From Mucilaginibacter sp. (GTDB taxonomy: Bacteria > Bacteroidota > Bacteroidia > Sphingobacteriales > Sphingobacteriaceae), in contig NZ_JBAZVP010000020.1 in the NCBI RefSeq assembly GCF_041660805.1, positions 3,681-67,680 of the forward strand: a DNA stretch of 64,000 bases. Reading direction: 5' to 3'. A program made the position numbers and the translations under genes. How positions within the stretch are numbered: position 1 is the stretch's first letter; every line of letters starts with the position of its first letter. The notes below the pieces were generated by a model. That model saw only the letters and a list, made by a program, of their open reading frames with translations, was not told the DNA's origin and ran no database searches. Positions 33,059-42,419 of the stretch are shown piece after piece.

Positions 33059-35113
33059 ATGCACTTTTTATATCCAACTTTCCTGTTTGCATTATTAACA
33101 CTGGCCATACCCGTACTGGTGCACCTGTTTAATTTTAGGCGGTATAAAAAAGTGCTGTTCAGTAATGTGCAGTTTTTGAAAGAAGTACAGGAGCAACAGG
33201 CAAGCCGTAGAAATTTAAAAGAAAGATTGATCCTTGCGGCACGTATGCTGGCACTGTTATTTTTGGTGTTTGCTTTTGCAAGGCCTTATATATCATCCCA
33301 AAAGGATGATGCGAATACCGGCAAACAGCAGGTGGTAAGCATTTTTGTAGATAATTCTTACTCTATGCAAACCCTTAACCGCGAGGGCAGCCTCCTTGAT
33401 GAGGCAAAGCAAAAGGCCAAACAAATAGCTTCGGCCTATTCCATAAATGATCGTTTCCAGTTACTAACACAAGATTTTGAAGGCAAGCATCAGCGATTAT
33501 TAAACCGCGATGAGTTTAATGATGCGGTAGACGCGGTAAAAATTAGTCCGCAAAGCAGGAGTATCAGTCAAATAACGGCAAGGCAGCAAAGCTTGCTTAA
33601 TATGCAGCCCGGAGCAGTTAAAAGCAGTTATATCATATCAGATTTTCAGAAAAACATCACTGGTAAATTAGCCGGCAAGGTAAACGATAACATTCCGGTT
33701 AACCTGGTACAGCTCAAAGCAAGTACGTTGCCCAATGTGGCTGTTGATTCGGTTGAATTGCTAAATGCTACCCACCGGCCGGGTGAAAGTGAAAAGCTGA
33801 TAGTAAGGCTTCGTAATTATGCAGATAAACCGGCAGAGCAAATACCATTAAAGCTAATCATAAATGGTGTGCAAAAAGCCATTGGCAGTTTTACGGTGAA
33901 CGCACGTTCGGCTCAAACAGATACGCTTACCTTTTCGGGTTTGCAGGCAGGCTGGCAGCGCGGCGAGATACAACTGCAGGATAACCCGGTAACGTTTGAT
34001 AATAAATTTTACTTCGCCTTTAATATTAACAAGCAATTGCCCATTCTTTTAATTGATGGCGGCATACCCAATAAATACCTCAACGCCGTTTTTGCCACAG
34101 ATCCGTTTTTTATTGCCAAACGTGTACAGGATGGCAATGTAGATTATGCCGGCTTAAATACATATCCGCTTATAATTGTAAGCGATATTAAAGTTATTTC
34201 GGCAGGGTTGGCACAACAGTTAAAAAGCTATGTAAGCAAAGGTGGCACACTAATGGTATTCCCTTCGGCAGAGGCGGATATAAGTAGTTACCGGGCCTTA
34301 TTGCAGCCCATGGGGGCAGCCTATCCTGAAAAGATAGTGACCGAAGCTACCAGGGTATCGTCAATTAACCTGCAGAGCCCGGTGTTTAAAAACACTTTCG
34401 AGGCGTTTCCTCAAAACCCTGATCTGCCCCAGGTAAAAAAATATTATAGTTTAAGTCCATCAGCCAGGTCTGGTAATTATTTGATGCGGTTACAAACCGG
34501 GCAGCCGGTATGGGAAGGGTATAACAGCGGGAAAGGCACTGTATATTTATCTGCTTTACCGTTAGATGAAACTTTTAGTAACCTGCCTGTACATGCTCTT
34601 TTTGTACCGGTAATGTTTAGGATAGCTATACTGAGCGGGCACTATCAGCCTTTGTTTTATACATTAGGTAATAACCAGGCAATTGAAACCGCAACGCTGC
34701 AATCCACAGAAAATCAATTATTAAAAATGGTTAAAGGTTCGCAAACCATTATTCCTGATGTACAGCAACAGGAGGGAAGTACACTTCTTTACCTGCCAGA
34801 TCAATTGAAGGAGACCGGTATTTACGATCTGAAAAAACAGGATAGTACAGCAGCAATACTGGCTTTTAATGATAACAGGAGCGAATCTGACCTGAGTTAT
34901 TTGAACAATAGCGAACTTGGAAATTTATTTGCCCAACAAACAACCTTGCTACAGGGAAACAAGCTAAATACAAATAGTATTAACGGCGCGGCAAATTCAG
35001 GGCTGCAATTATGGAAACTTTGTATAATTTTGGCACTGTTATTTCTGGCTGCCGAAACATTGCTGATACGGTTTTACAAAACCGATAAAAGCAAGGCCAC
35101 GCAACCCGTTTAA
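33059..35113 (+). CDS. BatA-N-terminal-domain membrane protein with vWA-like segment
   Basis: 684 aa. The N-terminal double-TM motif FLYPTFLFALLTLAIPVLVHLFNFRR matches the aerotolerance BatA N domain. A DxSxS MIDAS-like motif (VDNSYSM) and a C-terminal TM helix are present. Confidence 0.7.
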   Translation: MHFLYPTFLFALLTLAIPVLVHLFNFRRYKKVLFSNVQFLKEVQEQQASRRNLKERLILAARMLALLFLVFAFARPYISSQKDDANTGKQQVVSIFVDNSYSMQTLNREGSLLDEAKQKAKQIASAYSINDRFQLLTQDFEGKHQRLLNRDEFNDAVDAVKISPQSRSISQITARQQSLLNMQPGAVKSSYIISDFQKNITGKLAGKVNDNIPVNLVQLKASTLPNVAVDSVELLNATHRPGESEKLIVRLRNYADKPAEQIPLKLIINGVQKAIGSFTVNARSAQTDTLTFSGLQAGWQRGEIQLQDNPVTFDNKFYFAFNINKQLPILLIDGGIPNKYLNAVFATDPFFIAKRVQDGNVDYAGLNTYPLIIVSDIKVISAGLAQQLKSYVSKGGTLMVFPSAEADISSYRALLQPMGAAYPEKIVTEATRVSSINLQSPVFKNTFEAFPQNPDLPQVKKYYSLSPSARSGNYLMRLQTGQPVWEGYNSGKGTVYLSALPLDETFSNLPVHALFVPVMFRIAILSGHYQPLFYTLGNNQAIETATLQSTENQLLKMVKGSQTIIPDVQQQEGSTLLYLPDQLKETGIYDLKKQDSTAAILAFNDNRSESDLSYLNNSELGNLFAQQTTLLQGNKLNTNSINGAANSGLQLWKLCIILALLFLAAETLLIRFYKTDKSKATQPV

Positions 35114-35141
35114 CAATATAAACCCACCTTAAACAGCGATA

Positions 35142-36395
35142 ATGAATTTGCTTATCAAATCCGCTACTGTTATTGATCCTGCATCGCCTTTTAATAAACA
35201 GGTAACTGATATCTTAATTAAAGATGGCGTAATTACTGAAATTGGTGCATCGCTAACCGCCGATGCCGAAACCATTGATGCAAAAGGCAAATACCTGGCC
35301 CCCGGTTTTTTTGATTTGAACTGTAACATAGGCGAACTTGGTTTAGAAACCAAGGAAGACCTGCAAACCGGTACGGCAGCAGCAGCAGCAGGCGGCTTTA
35401 CAGGCATTGCGCTTACTCCTAATACCCATCCGCCGGTACATTCAAAAGCCGAAGTAGAATATTTGCTTAATCGCGCCAGCAACAACCTGGTTGATATTTA
35501 TCCGCTGGGAACGATATCCAATAAGCGCGAAGGTAAGGATATGGCCGAAATGTATGATATGTATAAAAGCGGTGCAAAGGCATTTACTGACGGTAACCGC
35601 CCGGTACAGGATGCAGGCTTAATGGAGCGCGCTATGCTTTATGTACAGGGTTTTGGCGCTAAAGTAATATCCTATCCGGAAGATACTTCTATTGCAGGTA
35701 AAGCCAAAGTACACGAAGGAGTGGTAAGCACTATGCTGGGCATGAAAGGCATCCCCTCACTGGCCGAAGAATTAATGATTGCCCGCGACCTTTACCTTGC
35801 AGAAGATACCGGTTCTGAAATACACTTTACCACTATATCAACAGAACGTTCTGTTGAACTGATAAGGGAGGCAAAACGGAAAGGGTTAAAAGTAACCTGC
35901 GATGTTGCCGTGCATAATTTGATACTTACTGATCAGGCCCTGATGGGCTTTGATAGCCTGTATAAGGTTAAACCCCCGCTGCGTACGCAGCGCGATGCTG
36001 ATGCGCTGATAAACGGTTTAAAAGATGGCACTATTGATGCTATTGTATCGCAACACACCCCGCATGAGATAGAATTTAAAGATGTGGAATTTGAAGTGGC
36101 CGAATATGGTATAATTGGCCTGCAAACGGCATTTTCATTAGCTATAAAAGCCGGTTTACCGCTTGAACTGATAGTAGAGAAGCTGTCTGTAAATCCGCGT
36201 AAAATATTAAACATTGAGGTGCCTGTAATTGCCAAAGGGCAACAGGCTAATTTTGTACTGTTAGATACCGAAGCCGAATGGGAATATACCCGCGGTGTAA
36301 ACCGGTCTAAAAGTTATAATTCTCCTTTTATGGGACAGAACTTAAAAGGTAAAGTTTTATTCACCTGTAATAACGATCAACTATCTAAATTTTAA
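35142..36395 (+). CDS. dihydroorotase-like protein, predicted non-catalytic (PyrC-prime type)
   Basis: 417 aa, colinear with type-I DHOases, but ligand positions are substituted: DLHVH is DLNCN, AHCED is SYPED, CHIST is TTIST, and TDHAPH is SQHTPH. Confidence 0.8.
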   Translation: MNLLIKSATVIDPASPFNKQVTDILIKDGVITEIGASLTADAETIDAKGKYLAPGFFDLNCNIGELGLETKEDLQTGTAAAAAGGFTGIALTPNTHPPVHSKAEVEYLLNRASNNLVDIYPLGTISNKREGKDMAEMYDMYKSGAKAFTDGNRPVQDAGLMERAMLYVQGFGAKVISYPEDTSIAGKAKVHEGVVSTMLGMKGIPSLAEELMIARDLYLAEDTGSEIHFTTISTERSVELIREAKRKGLKVTCDVAVHNLILTDQALMGFDSLYKVKPPLRTQRDADALINGLKDGTIDAIVSQHTPHEIEFKDVEFEVAEYGIIGLQTAFSLAIKAGLPLELIVEKLSVNPRKILNIEVPVIAKGQQANFVLLDTEAEWEYTRGVNRSKSYNSPFMGQNLKGKVLFTCNNDQLSKF

Positions 36396-36401
36396 GAAAC
36401 T

Positions 36402-37070
36402 ATGACTGACCAAAAAGTAACATCAGCTATTGCAAGTTCATTACAAGCATATTCAAAATATGGGAGCTTTAACGCGGCAGTGCTTACCGCGCAATTTGAA
36501 GAGGTGTTTTCATCTGATGACGATTTTTTAACCAAGGTAGATTCGCTTGATGAATTGTTTGATAATAACCCTCAGGTTGAGGAATTGCGCGAAGTGTTTT
36601 TTGATTTGCTGATGATTAATTTTTTTAGCGAAGATGTAAAAAAGCTTGAAGACGATTACCTGGAAACCCCTGAGTGGGAAGGTATTGAGGAACAAACCCT
36701 TGACCGTGGTACCGAATTATTAAACCTGTTATTGTACCTTAACGAGTGCGAGGATGAAGATATTGATCCTGAACTGGAAGATTACCTGAAAGAATTTTTA
36801 TTGGTTGATGAAGATGAGTTCCAGGATGAGTACCGCATATATGAGCCGGTTATTGCCAACCAGATATTGATTGAGAGCCCCGCGGCTGAGATAAAAAAGG
36901 TAGCAGCAACCGTTGCTGATGATTCAGAACTTAAGGAATTGTTTTACCCAATGATGTGTTTTTTCCAAAATCCCGAACTAGCTGAACAAGATAAAGAAGT
37001 AATTGCAGCCAACGCTGTAAATAAATCATTTGATATGGCAGTTTTAGAAATATTAGTTAGCTTTAAATAA
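36402..37070 (+). CDS. highly acidic hypothetical protein
   Basis: 222-aa ORF starting 6 nt after the DHOase-like gene. D/E-rich with no recognisable motif. Confidence 0.5.
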   Translation: MTDQKVTSAIASSLQAYSKYGSFNAAVLTAQFEEVFSSDDDFLTKVDSLDELFDNNPQVEELREVFFDLLMINFFSEDVKKLEDDYLETPEWEGIEEQTLDRGTELLNLLLYLNECEDEDIDPELEDYLKEFLLVDEDEFQDEYRIYEPVIANQILIESPAAEIKKVAATVADDSELKELFYPMMCFFQNPELAEQDKEVIAANAVNKSFDMAVLEILVSFK

Positions 37071-37101
37071 TTAATTTTAAACCTTAACTAATTAAAATAA
37101 A

Positions 37102-37647
37102 ATGGAAAATCTTGCGATTAACCCTACAAAAATTGCCACTAAGTGGGCTTTGTTTTATGTAGTAGTCTCTATTGTACTTACTTACACTTTTCAACTCCTC
37201 AATATTGATCCAAACTCTGCCGTAAAATATGTAGGTTACATACCTTTTATAGCATTTTGCGTACTGGCTCAAAAGGAATTCAAAGATGCATCTGGTGGCT
37301 TTATGACTTTTGGAAAAGGGTTTTCTGTTGGGTTTAGATATTCCCTTTTTTCGGGCATAATATTGGCCGTATTTGTTTTTATATATCTTAAATTTTTAAG
37401 TCCGGATGTTTTGGTAAAATCTATGGAGGAGCAGCAAACTGTGATGGCCGATAAAGGAATGTCACAAGAGCAAATTGATAAAGCTTTGGAAATGGGAACC
37501 AAATACGGAGCCATTTTTGGTGCAGTTGCTACAGCTATTGGTTCGTTAATATTTGGAGCAATAGTAGCTTTAATAGGTGCTGCCATACTTAAAAAAGAGC
37601 GCACAGCCTATGATATAGTGGATTCGGCAGAAGACCCGGCTGTATAA
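37102..37647 (+). CDS. DUF4199-like membrane protein
   Basis: 181 aa with about 4 TM helices and a central amphipathic segment. This pattern is typical of Bacteroidota DUF4199 as I recall it. Confidence 0.55.
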   Translation: MENLAINPTKIATKWALFYVVVSIVLTYTFQLLNIDPNSAVKYVGYIPFIAFCVLAQKEFKDASGGFMTFGKGFSVGFRYSLFSGIILAVFVFIYLKFLSPDVLVKSMEEQQTVMADKGMSQEQIDKALEMGTKYGAIFGAVATAIGSLIFGAIVALIGAAILKKERTAYDIVDSAEDPAV

Positions 37648-37668
37648 TCAGATCTTATCTTAACACAA

Positions 37669-37707
37669 TAAAAACAGGCCGCCCAATTTTGAGCGGCCTG
37701 TTTTGTT
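37669..37707. terminator. bidirectional rho-independent terminator
   Basis: A 10-bp stem AACAGGCCGC/GCGGCCTGTT flanked by AATAAAA upstream and TTTTGTT downstream, located between convergent genes. Confidence 0.8.
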
Positions 37708-37722
37708 AAAATGCTTTTTGCC

Positions 37723-38715
37723 TTAATCCCATTTATCCAACCCTAAAAGCTTTCTGCCTAAAGAAGATAGTTCGGCAACCGGGTTTTTCTTTTCGCGCTC
37801 CAAAGGGTCACCAGGGAAAGCATAACCTTGCATAGCCTCACGATTCTTCCAGCTGTTTACGCGCCATTGTCTTAATTCTTCATTGTCGTCCTGAGCAGGC
37901 ATCATGCTTACATATTGTGCTATACGTACCTTATTGCCGCTGTTATTTGGCCGTATGCCATGTGGCTGCGAGCTATTAAATATCAGCAGGTCACCGGCTT
38001 CCATTTTTACTTTTACAATATTAAAGCCCGTTGTATTTGGTTTAAAATGATCACGGTCTGCAGGTTGGGTTAGTTTCCAGGTGTCATAAGTCTTAAACAG
38101 ATCTGGGATGCATTGAAAACCGCCCATGGTTTCATCAGTTTGGTCGGCCAATGCCAAAACACCCTGTACGTTCTGTGGCTTGGTTTCCGGGTCGTAATCC
38201 CAATGGATAAAACCTTTGTATTCAAAACCCGGCCGTAAGGGGAAATTCAGGTTTGCCCTGTCAATATTTGCCCAAAGTTTTTCTGTGCCCCAAATATCAG
38301 CAAAGGCGGCATGCACTTTTGGATATTGCCTGTTATCCCACAGGTATTGGTGATTGTATATTTCAACCATGCCGGTATTATTAAGTTCGGCCATTTGCAT
38401 TTGGGCATTGGGTTTTTTATACCAGGTATCCATATCGTTTTGGTCTTTGCCCTCGTATTCCCAAAGGTAATCGGCCAGTTTTTTTACCTGTTCTTTTGGT
38501 ACGGCATTTTTAATGATCACGTAACCATTGGTTATCCAAAAATTCCAGTCGGCTTCGCTTAACACACGCAGCGGTTCGCCGTTGCTGCGGTCGTTCAGGC
38601 GGATAGCGCTTGATGTTGCTACTGATGGGTTGCCCGGTATTTCGTTATGGGCCTCGTTTGCTTTCATGTTAACAGCCGTTGTCATTGTGGCGGTAGTTTC
38701 GGGTTCCATTTTCAT
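37723..38715 (-). CDS. phytanoyl-CoA dioxygenase (PhyH) family Fe(II)/2-oxoglutarate oxygenase
   Basis: 330 aa with PhyH-like sequence: GYVIIKNAVP, a H.D motif region (IHWDYD) and a distal His (QPHGIRPN). Confidence 0.75.
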   Translation of the reverse strand: MKMEPETTATMTTAVNMKANEAHNEIPGNPSVATSSAIRLNDRSNGEPLRVLSEADWNFWITNGYVIIKNAVPKEQVKKLADYLWEYEGKDQNDMDTWYKKPNAQMQMAELNNTGMVEIYNHQYLWDNRQYPKVHAAFADIWGTEKLWANIDRANLNFPLRPGFEYKGFIHWDYDPETKPQNVQGVLALADQTDETMGGFQCIPDLFKTYDTWKLTQPADRDHFKPNTTGFNIVKVKMEAGDLLIFNSSQPHGIRPNNSGNKVRIAQYVSMMPAQDDNEELRQWRVNSWKNREAMQGYAFPGDPLEREKKNPVAELSSLGRKLLGLDKWD

Positions 38716-38842
38716 ACTATTATTGGTTTTAATAGTTCAAAGGTAGGGTGGTATTTAGGCCTGTTTATACTTTGTAATGACCAGTATTTGCTCTGTATTG
38801 ATTTATTGGATATATTTAAATAGATTTTTAGTGCAATGCAGG

Positions 38843-39697
38843 ATGAATGAGATACAACTGGAACGGGTGGAGTTTGAACCGGGCAAATCTTTTAAGCTAT
38901 TTTCGCCACGGTTACGTAATACCTTTTTATGGCATTATCATCCGGAAGTGGAGCTGGTTTATGTTGAGGCTGATGCCGGTATCCGCCATGTGGGCTCGCA
39001 TATATCGGGTTATACCCAAAGCGACCTGGTATTTATTGGCGGTAACCTGCCTCATTTGAATTTTGATTACCGCTTACGCAGCGATTATCATCAGATAGTG
39101 ATACAGCTCCGTACCGATTTTATGGGCGCGGCCATCAGCACATCACCGGAATTTGCGGCAATTAACCGCCTGTTTAAAAAAGCCGGGTTGGGCATTGCTT
39201 TTAATGGCGAAACAAAAGCAATAGTTGCTGAAAAGCTAAAAACTTTGTCTGGCATGAACTCATTTGAACAATTGATAGCACTGATGGATATTTTTCAGAT
39301 ACTGGCGGCATCGAATGAAATGGTTATTTTAAATAACGATGAGACCAGTAAGGAGTTTATTCTGAAAGACAAGATAAGAATGGGGGCCATCTATGAATAC
39401 ATTGATGCTAATTATCATCAAAAGCCGGATGTTAATGTTGTAGCCGGTAAAGTTCATTTAACAACGGCTGCGTTTTGCAGATATTTTAAGCGCCAAACCA
39501 ACATAACCTTTACCGATTTTGTGAATCAATACCGCATTGAGCGCGCCAAGAACCTGCTAATGCAAGGCAAAAACATTACTGAAACCTGTTACGCCATCGG
39601 CTTTGAAAGCCTCTCGTATTTTAACAAGCTGTTCAACAAAATAGTGGGACAGAACCCCTCTGATTTTAAACGGAATTGGTTAAACGATAAAAAGTAA
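38843..39697 (+). CDS. AraC family transcriptional regulator (cupin N-domain)
   Basis: The C-terminal double HTH (FCRYFKRQTNITFTDFVNQYRIERAKNLL...GFESLSYFNKLFNKIVGQNPSDF) is present. It is divergent from the PhyH gene. The ATG at 38843 is preferred over the ORF-track start at 38777. Confidence 0.85.
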   Translation: MNEIQLERVEFEPGKSFKLFSPRLRNTFLWHYHPEVELVYVEADAGIRHVGSHISGYTQSDLVFIGGNLPHLNFDYRLRSDYHQIVIQLRTDFMGAAISTSPEFAAINRLFKKAGLGIAFNGETKAIVAEKLKTLSGMNSFEQLIALMDIFQILAASNEMVILNNDETSKEFILKDKIRMGAIYEYIDANYHQKPDVNVVAGKVHLTTAAFCRYFKRQTNITFTDFVNQYRIERAKNLLMQGKNITETCYAIGFESLSYFNKLFNKIVGQNPSDFKRNWLNDKK

Positions 39698-39881
39698 ACG
39701 CCCATTCCTTTTCAATCACCGGAGGATAAAGTTTTCACTCGGGTTATAAGAGGTGAAAGTGATTGATCGTCAAATAAAATATCAGCAGTAAAACATTAAC
39801 AGGTTGTTACCGTTAACATGCCAATTATATTGTTTAAACAGCTCAATAATTAGTTGTTTATTACACATTATATATAAAGTA

Positions 39882-39889
39882 TATATTTG
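39882..39889 (+). promoter_or_regulatory. candidate -7 promoter box TATATTTG at the head of the polysaccharide locus
   Basis: Matches TAnnTTTG, 27 nt upstream of the ATG at 39916. Confidence 0.4.
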
Positions 39890-39915
39890 CAACTTGTTGT
39901 GATACTATCTTAAAA

Positions 39916-41247
39916 ATGCCTGATCAAATACCACTAAATACCTTTAACTTATTAACGCCGGATAATATAAATATAGCTGTTATAGGCTTAGGTTATGTTG
40001 GTTTACCGCTTGCCGTTGAATTCTCAAAAAAATATTCGGTAGTTGGTTTTGATAAAAAACAGGCTCGGATTGATGAGTTAAACGCCGGCAACGACCGTAC
40101 GCTGGAGATTGATAGCAATGAATTAAAGAAAGTTAAGCGTGCTTCGGGCAGCAATAATGGATTGCTTTTTACATCGGATGTAGGTGATATAAAAAATTGC
40201 AATATCTATATCATATCGGTACCAACACCTACCGACAAGCATAACCGCCCCGACATGCATATGCTTAAAAATGCCTGTGAACTAATAGGATCGGTCATTT
40301 CTAAAGGCGATATTTTCATATTGGAATCAACCGTATACCCGGGTGTGACAGAAGAAATTTGTGTGCCGATCATTGAAAAGATATCAGGTCTTAAACTAAA
40401 CGAAGGTTTTTATGCAGGTTATTCTCCGGAACGGATAAACCCGGGAGATAAGGTGCATACGTTAACCAATATTTTAAAAGTAACATCGGGTTCAACACCT
40501 GAGGCGGCCAATTTTATAAATAACCTGTACGGCACTATTATTACAGCCGGCACGCATAAGGCGCCAACTATAAAAGTAGCCGAGGCCTGTAAGGTTATTG
40601 AGAACTCCCAGCGCGATATTAATATTGCATTTGTTAATGAGCTTTCAAAAATTTTTAACCTGATGCAAATTGATACCCAGGCAGTTTTAAAAGCGGCAGG
40701 TACTAAATGGAACTTTTTAAATTTTAAACCCGGTTTAGTAGGAGGGCACTGTACGGGCGTTGATCCGTACTATCTGGCACAGCGGGCGCAAGAAGTAGGA
40801 TATCACCCGGAAATTATTTTAGCAGGCCGAAGACTTAATGATGGCATGGGTACTTATGTTGCCATGGAAGTTATAAGGCTTATGATTAAGAAGGATATTG
40901 TTGTAAAAAATGCCAATGTTTTAGTATTGGGCTTTACTTTTAAGGAGAACTGCCCGGATGTACGTAACACACGGGTAATTGATATTATTAAAGTTTTAAA
41001 TGATTTTGAAATTATTTGTGACATTTATGATCCATGGGCAAACCCTAAAGAGGTAGCTGATGAGTACCAAATAAATACCATCAATATGTTTGAAAATGTA
41101 AGGGCTAATTATGATGCAATTATATTAGCTGTTGCCCATGATGAGTTTTTGAAAATAGACATCAGCAGTCTAAAAAAGGCACATTCATCAGTAATTTACG
41201 ATATAAAAGCGGTGCTGGATGAGGGTATAATAGATGGGCGTTTATAA
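39916..41247 (+). CDS. UDP-N-acetyl-hexosamine 6-dehydrogenase (TviB/WbpO/CapL type nucleotide-sugar dehydrogenase)
   Basis: 443 aa. NAD motif VIGLGYVGLPLA, catalytic GLVGGHC, and overall TviB-like length and order. Confidence 0.88.
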   Translation: MPDQIPLNTFNLLTPDNINIAVIGLGYVGLPLAVEFSKKYSVVGFDKKQARIDELNAGNDRTLEIDSNELKKVKRASGSNNGLLFTSDVGDIKNCNIYIISVPTPTDKHNRPDMHMLKNACELIGSVISKGDIFILESTVYPGVTEEICVPIIEKISGLKLNEGFYAGYSPERINPGDKVHTLTNILKVTSGSTPEAANFINNLYGTIITAGTHKAPTIKVAEACKVIENSQRDINIAFVNELSKIFNLMQIDTQAVLKAAGTKWNFLNFKPGLVGGHCTGVDPYYLAQRAQEVGYHPEIILAGRRLNDGMGTYVAMEVIRLMIKKDIVVKNANVLVLGFTFKENCPDVRNTRVIDIIKVLNDFEIICDIYDPWANPKEVADEYQINTINMFENVRANYDAIILAVAHDEFLKIDISSLKKAHSSVIYDIKAVLDEGIIDGRL

Positions 41248-41273
41248 GTACATTAATGTTTAAACCTGCAAAA
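41131..41273 (+). repeat. direct repeat copy A (last ~115 bp of the dehydrogenase CDS plus 26 bp of 3' flank)
   Basis: Aligns with 52499-52640. By-eye count: 9 substitutions and one 1-nt indel over about 143 bp. Confidence 0.9.
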
Positions 41274-41367
41274 GTCAGAAGGTTATAATACCTGGTGTGG
41301 TTTTATTTTATTTTTAACTGATTTTTTAATTGTTTCTCAATATTTTTAAAAAAAATAATGGCTTAAG

Positions 41368-42411
41368 ATGCAAGTTTTTACTTTAAAGGTCATAAATCTG
41401 CGTTTTGAAACAAGGGATACACTCACGGTTTCATTCAAGCAACCAGCTTTAAAGAAAATTAAATATCTGGCTGGGCAGTACCTGACCCTTATTTTTCGTA
41501 TCAACGGCCGAAGATATATCCGGCCATACTCGTTTTCATCAGCCCCTGGTGTTGATGCCAATCTTGAGGTTACCATTAAAAGAGTACCGGGAGGAGTTGT
41601 TTCAAACCATATTATAGATCAATTAAAGGTTGATGATCTGGTTGAAGTTATGGAACCTATGGGAGATTTTGTTTTAACTGAAAACAATCTTTTACCTAAA
41701 ACACATATTGTATTATGGGGAGCAGGTAGTGGTATAACTCCGCTCATGTCAATTGCAAAATACGCATTACATAAAAATTTGGCAAATCATGTTACACTTG
41801 TGTTTGGCAACCGTAATGAAGAAGACGTAATTTTTAGCAGTAAAATTGTAGAACTAAAAGAACAATATAAAAACCAATTTTCGGCCATACATTTTTTAAC
41901 ACAAGCTGTAATAGCAAGTAACAATCCTTACGTTGTTCAAGGTCGTATAAACCCGGATAATGTTTTGTCTGTGATGCAGAGCGAGGGTGATATTTATGAC
42001 ACGATACATTATATTTGTGGCCCTGCAGGCTTAAAAGAATCTGTGAAAGCAACATTATCAGAATTGAATATTGCGCCTGAAAAAATATATTCAGAAGATT
42101 TTGAAATATTGCGTGATCCTGCAGAATTTGAAAATATAGTTACAAGGATAGTAACGATTAAAAAGGATGGTTTACGTTTACCCGTTGAGGTAGTTAAAGG
42201 TAAAAGTATTCTTGAGGCTGGTTTAGATGCCATGATTGATATGTCGTACTCTTGCCAAACCGGGAATTGCCTGGTTTGTAAAGGACGTTTAATAAATGGG
42301 CAGGTGAAAATGATAGGTATTGAAAAATTACCTGAAGGTTTGCAGCAACAGGAATGCTTGTTATGCAGCAGTTTCCCGCTTACAGATAATGTTGAAATAG
42401 AAGTTGATTAG
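41368..42411 (+). CDS. FNR-type flavin reductase with C-terminal plant-type 2Fe-2S ferredoxin domain (candidate E3 / CDP-6-deoxy-delta-3,4-glucoseen reductase role)
   Basis: 347 aa. FAD motif RPYSFSS (RxYS), NAD(P) motif GAGSGITP and C-terminal C-x4-C-x2-C...C (SCQTGNCLVCKG...ECLLC). It is the first gene of the CDP-sugar cassette. Confidence 0.75.
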   Translation: MQVFTLKVINLRFETRDTLTVSFKQPALKKIKYLAGQYLTLIFRINGRRYIRPYSFSSAPGVDANLEVTIKRVPGGVVSNHIIDQLKVDDLVEVMEPMGDFVLTENNLLPKTHIVLWGAGSGITPLMSIAKYALHKNLANHVTLVFGNRNEEDVIFSSKIVELKEQYKNQFSAIHFLTQAVIASNNPYVVQGRINPDNVLSVMQSEGDIYDTIHYICGPAGLKESVKATLSELNIAPEKIYSEDFEILRDPAEFENIVTRIVTIKKDGLRLPVEVVKGKSILEAGLDAMIDMSYSCQTGNCLVCKGRLINGQVKMIGIEKLPEGLQQQECLLCSSFPLTDNVEIEVD

Positions 42412-42419
42412 ATTAGAAT

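Noticed and set aside
32874-33101. A 75-aa minus-strand ORF in the spacer upstream of the BatA-like gene.
   Set aside because: It overlaps the candidate promoter and the start of 33059-35113. It has no recognisable motif and is AT-rich spacer sequence.
41346-41576. A 76-aa minus-strand ORF at the start of the reductase gene.
   Set aside because: It is antisense to a CDS with clear FNR motifs and has no support of its own.
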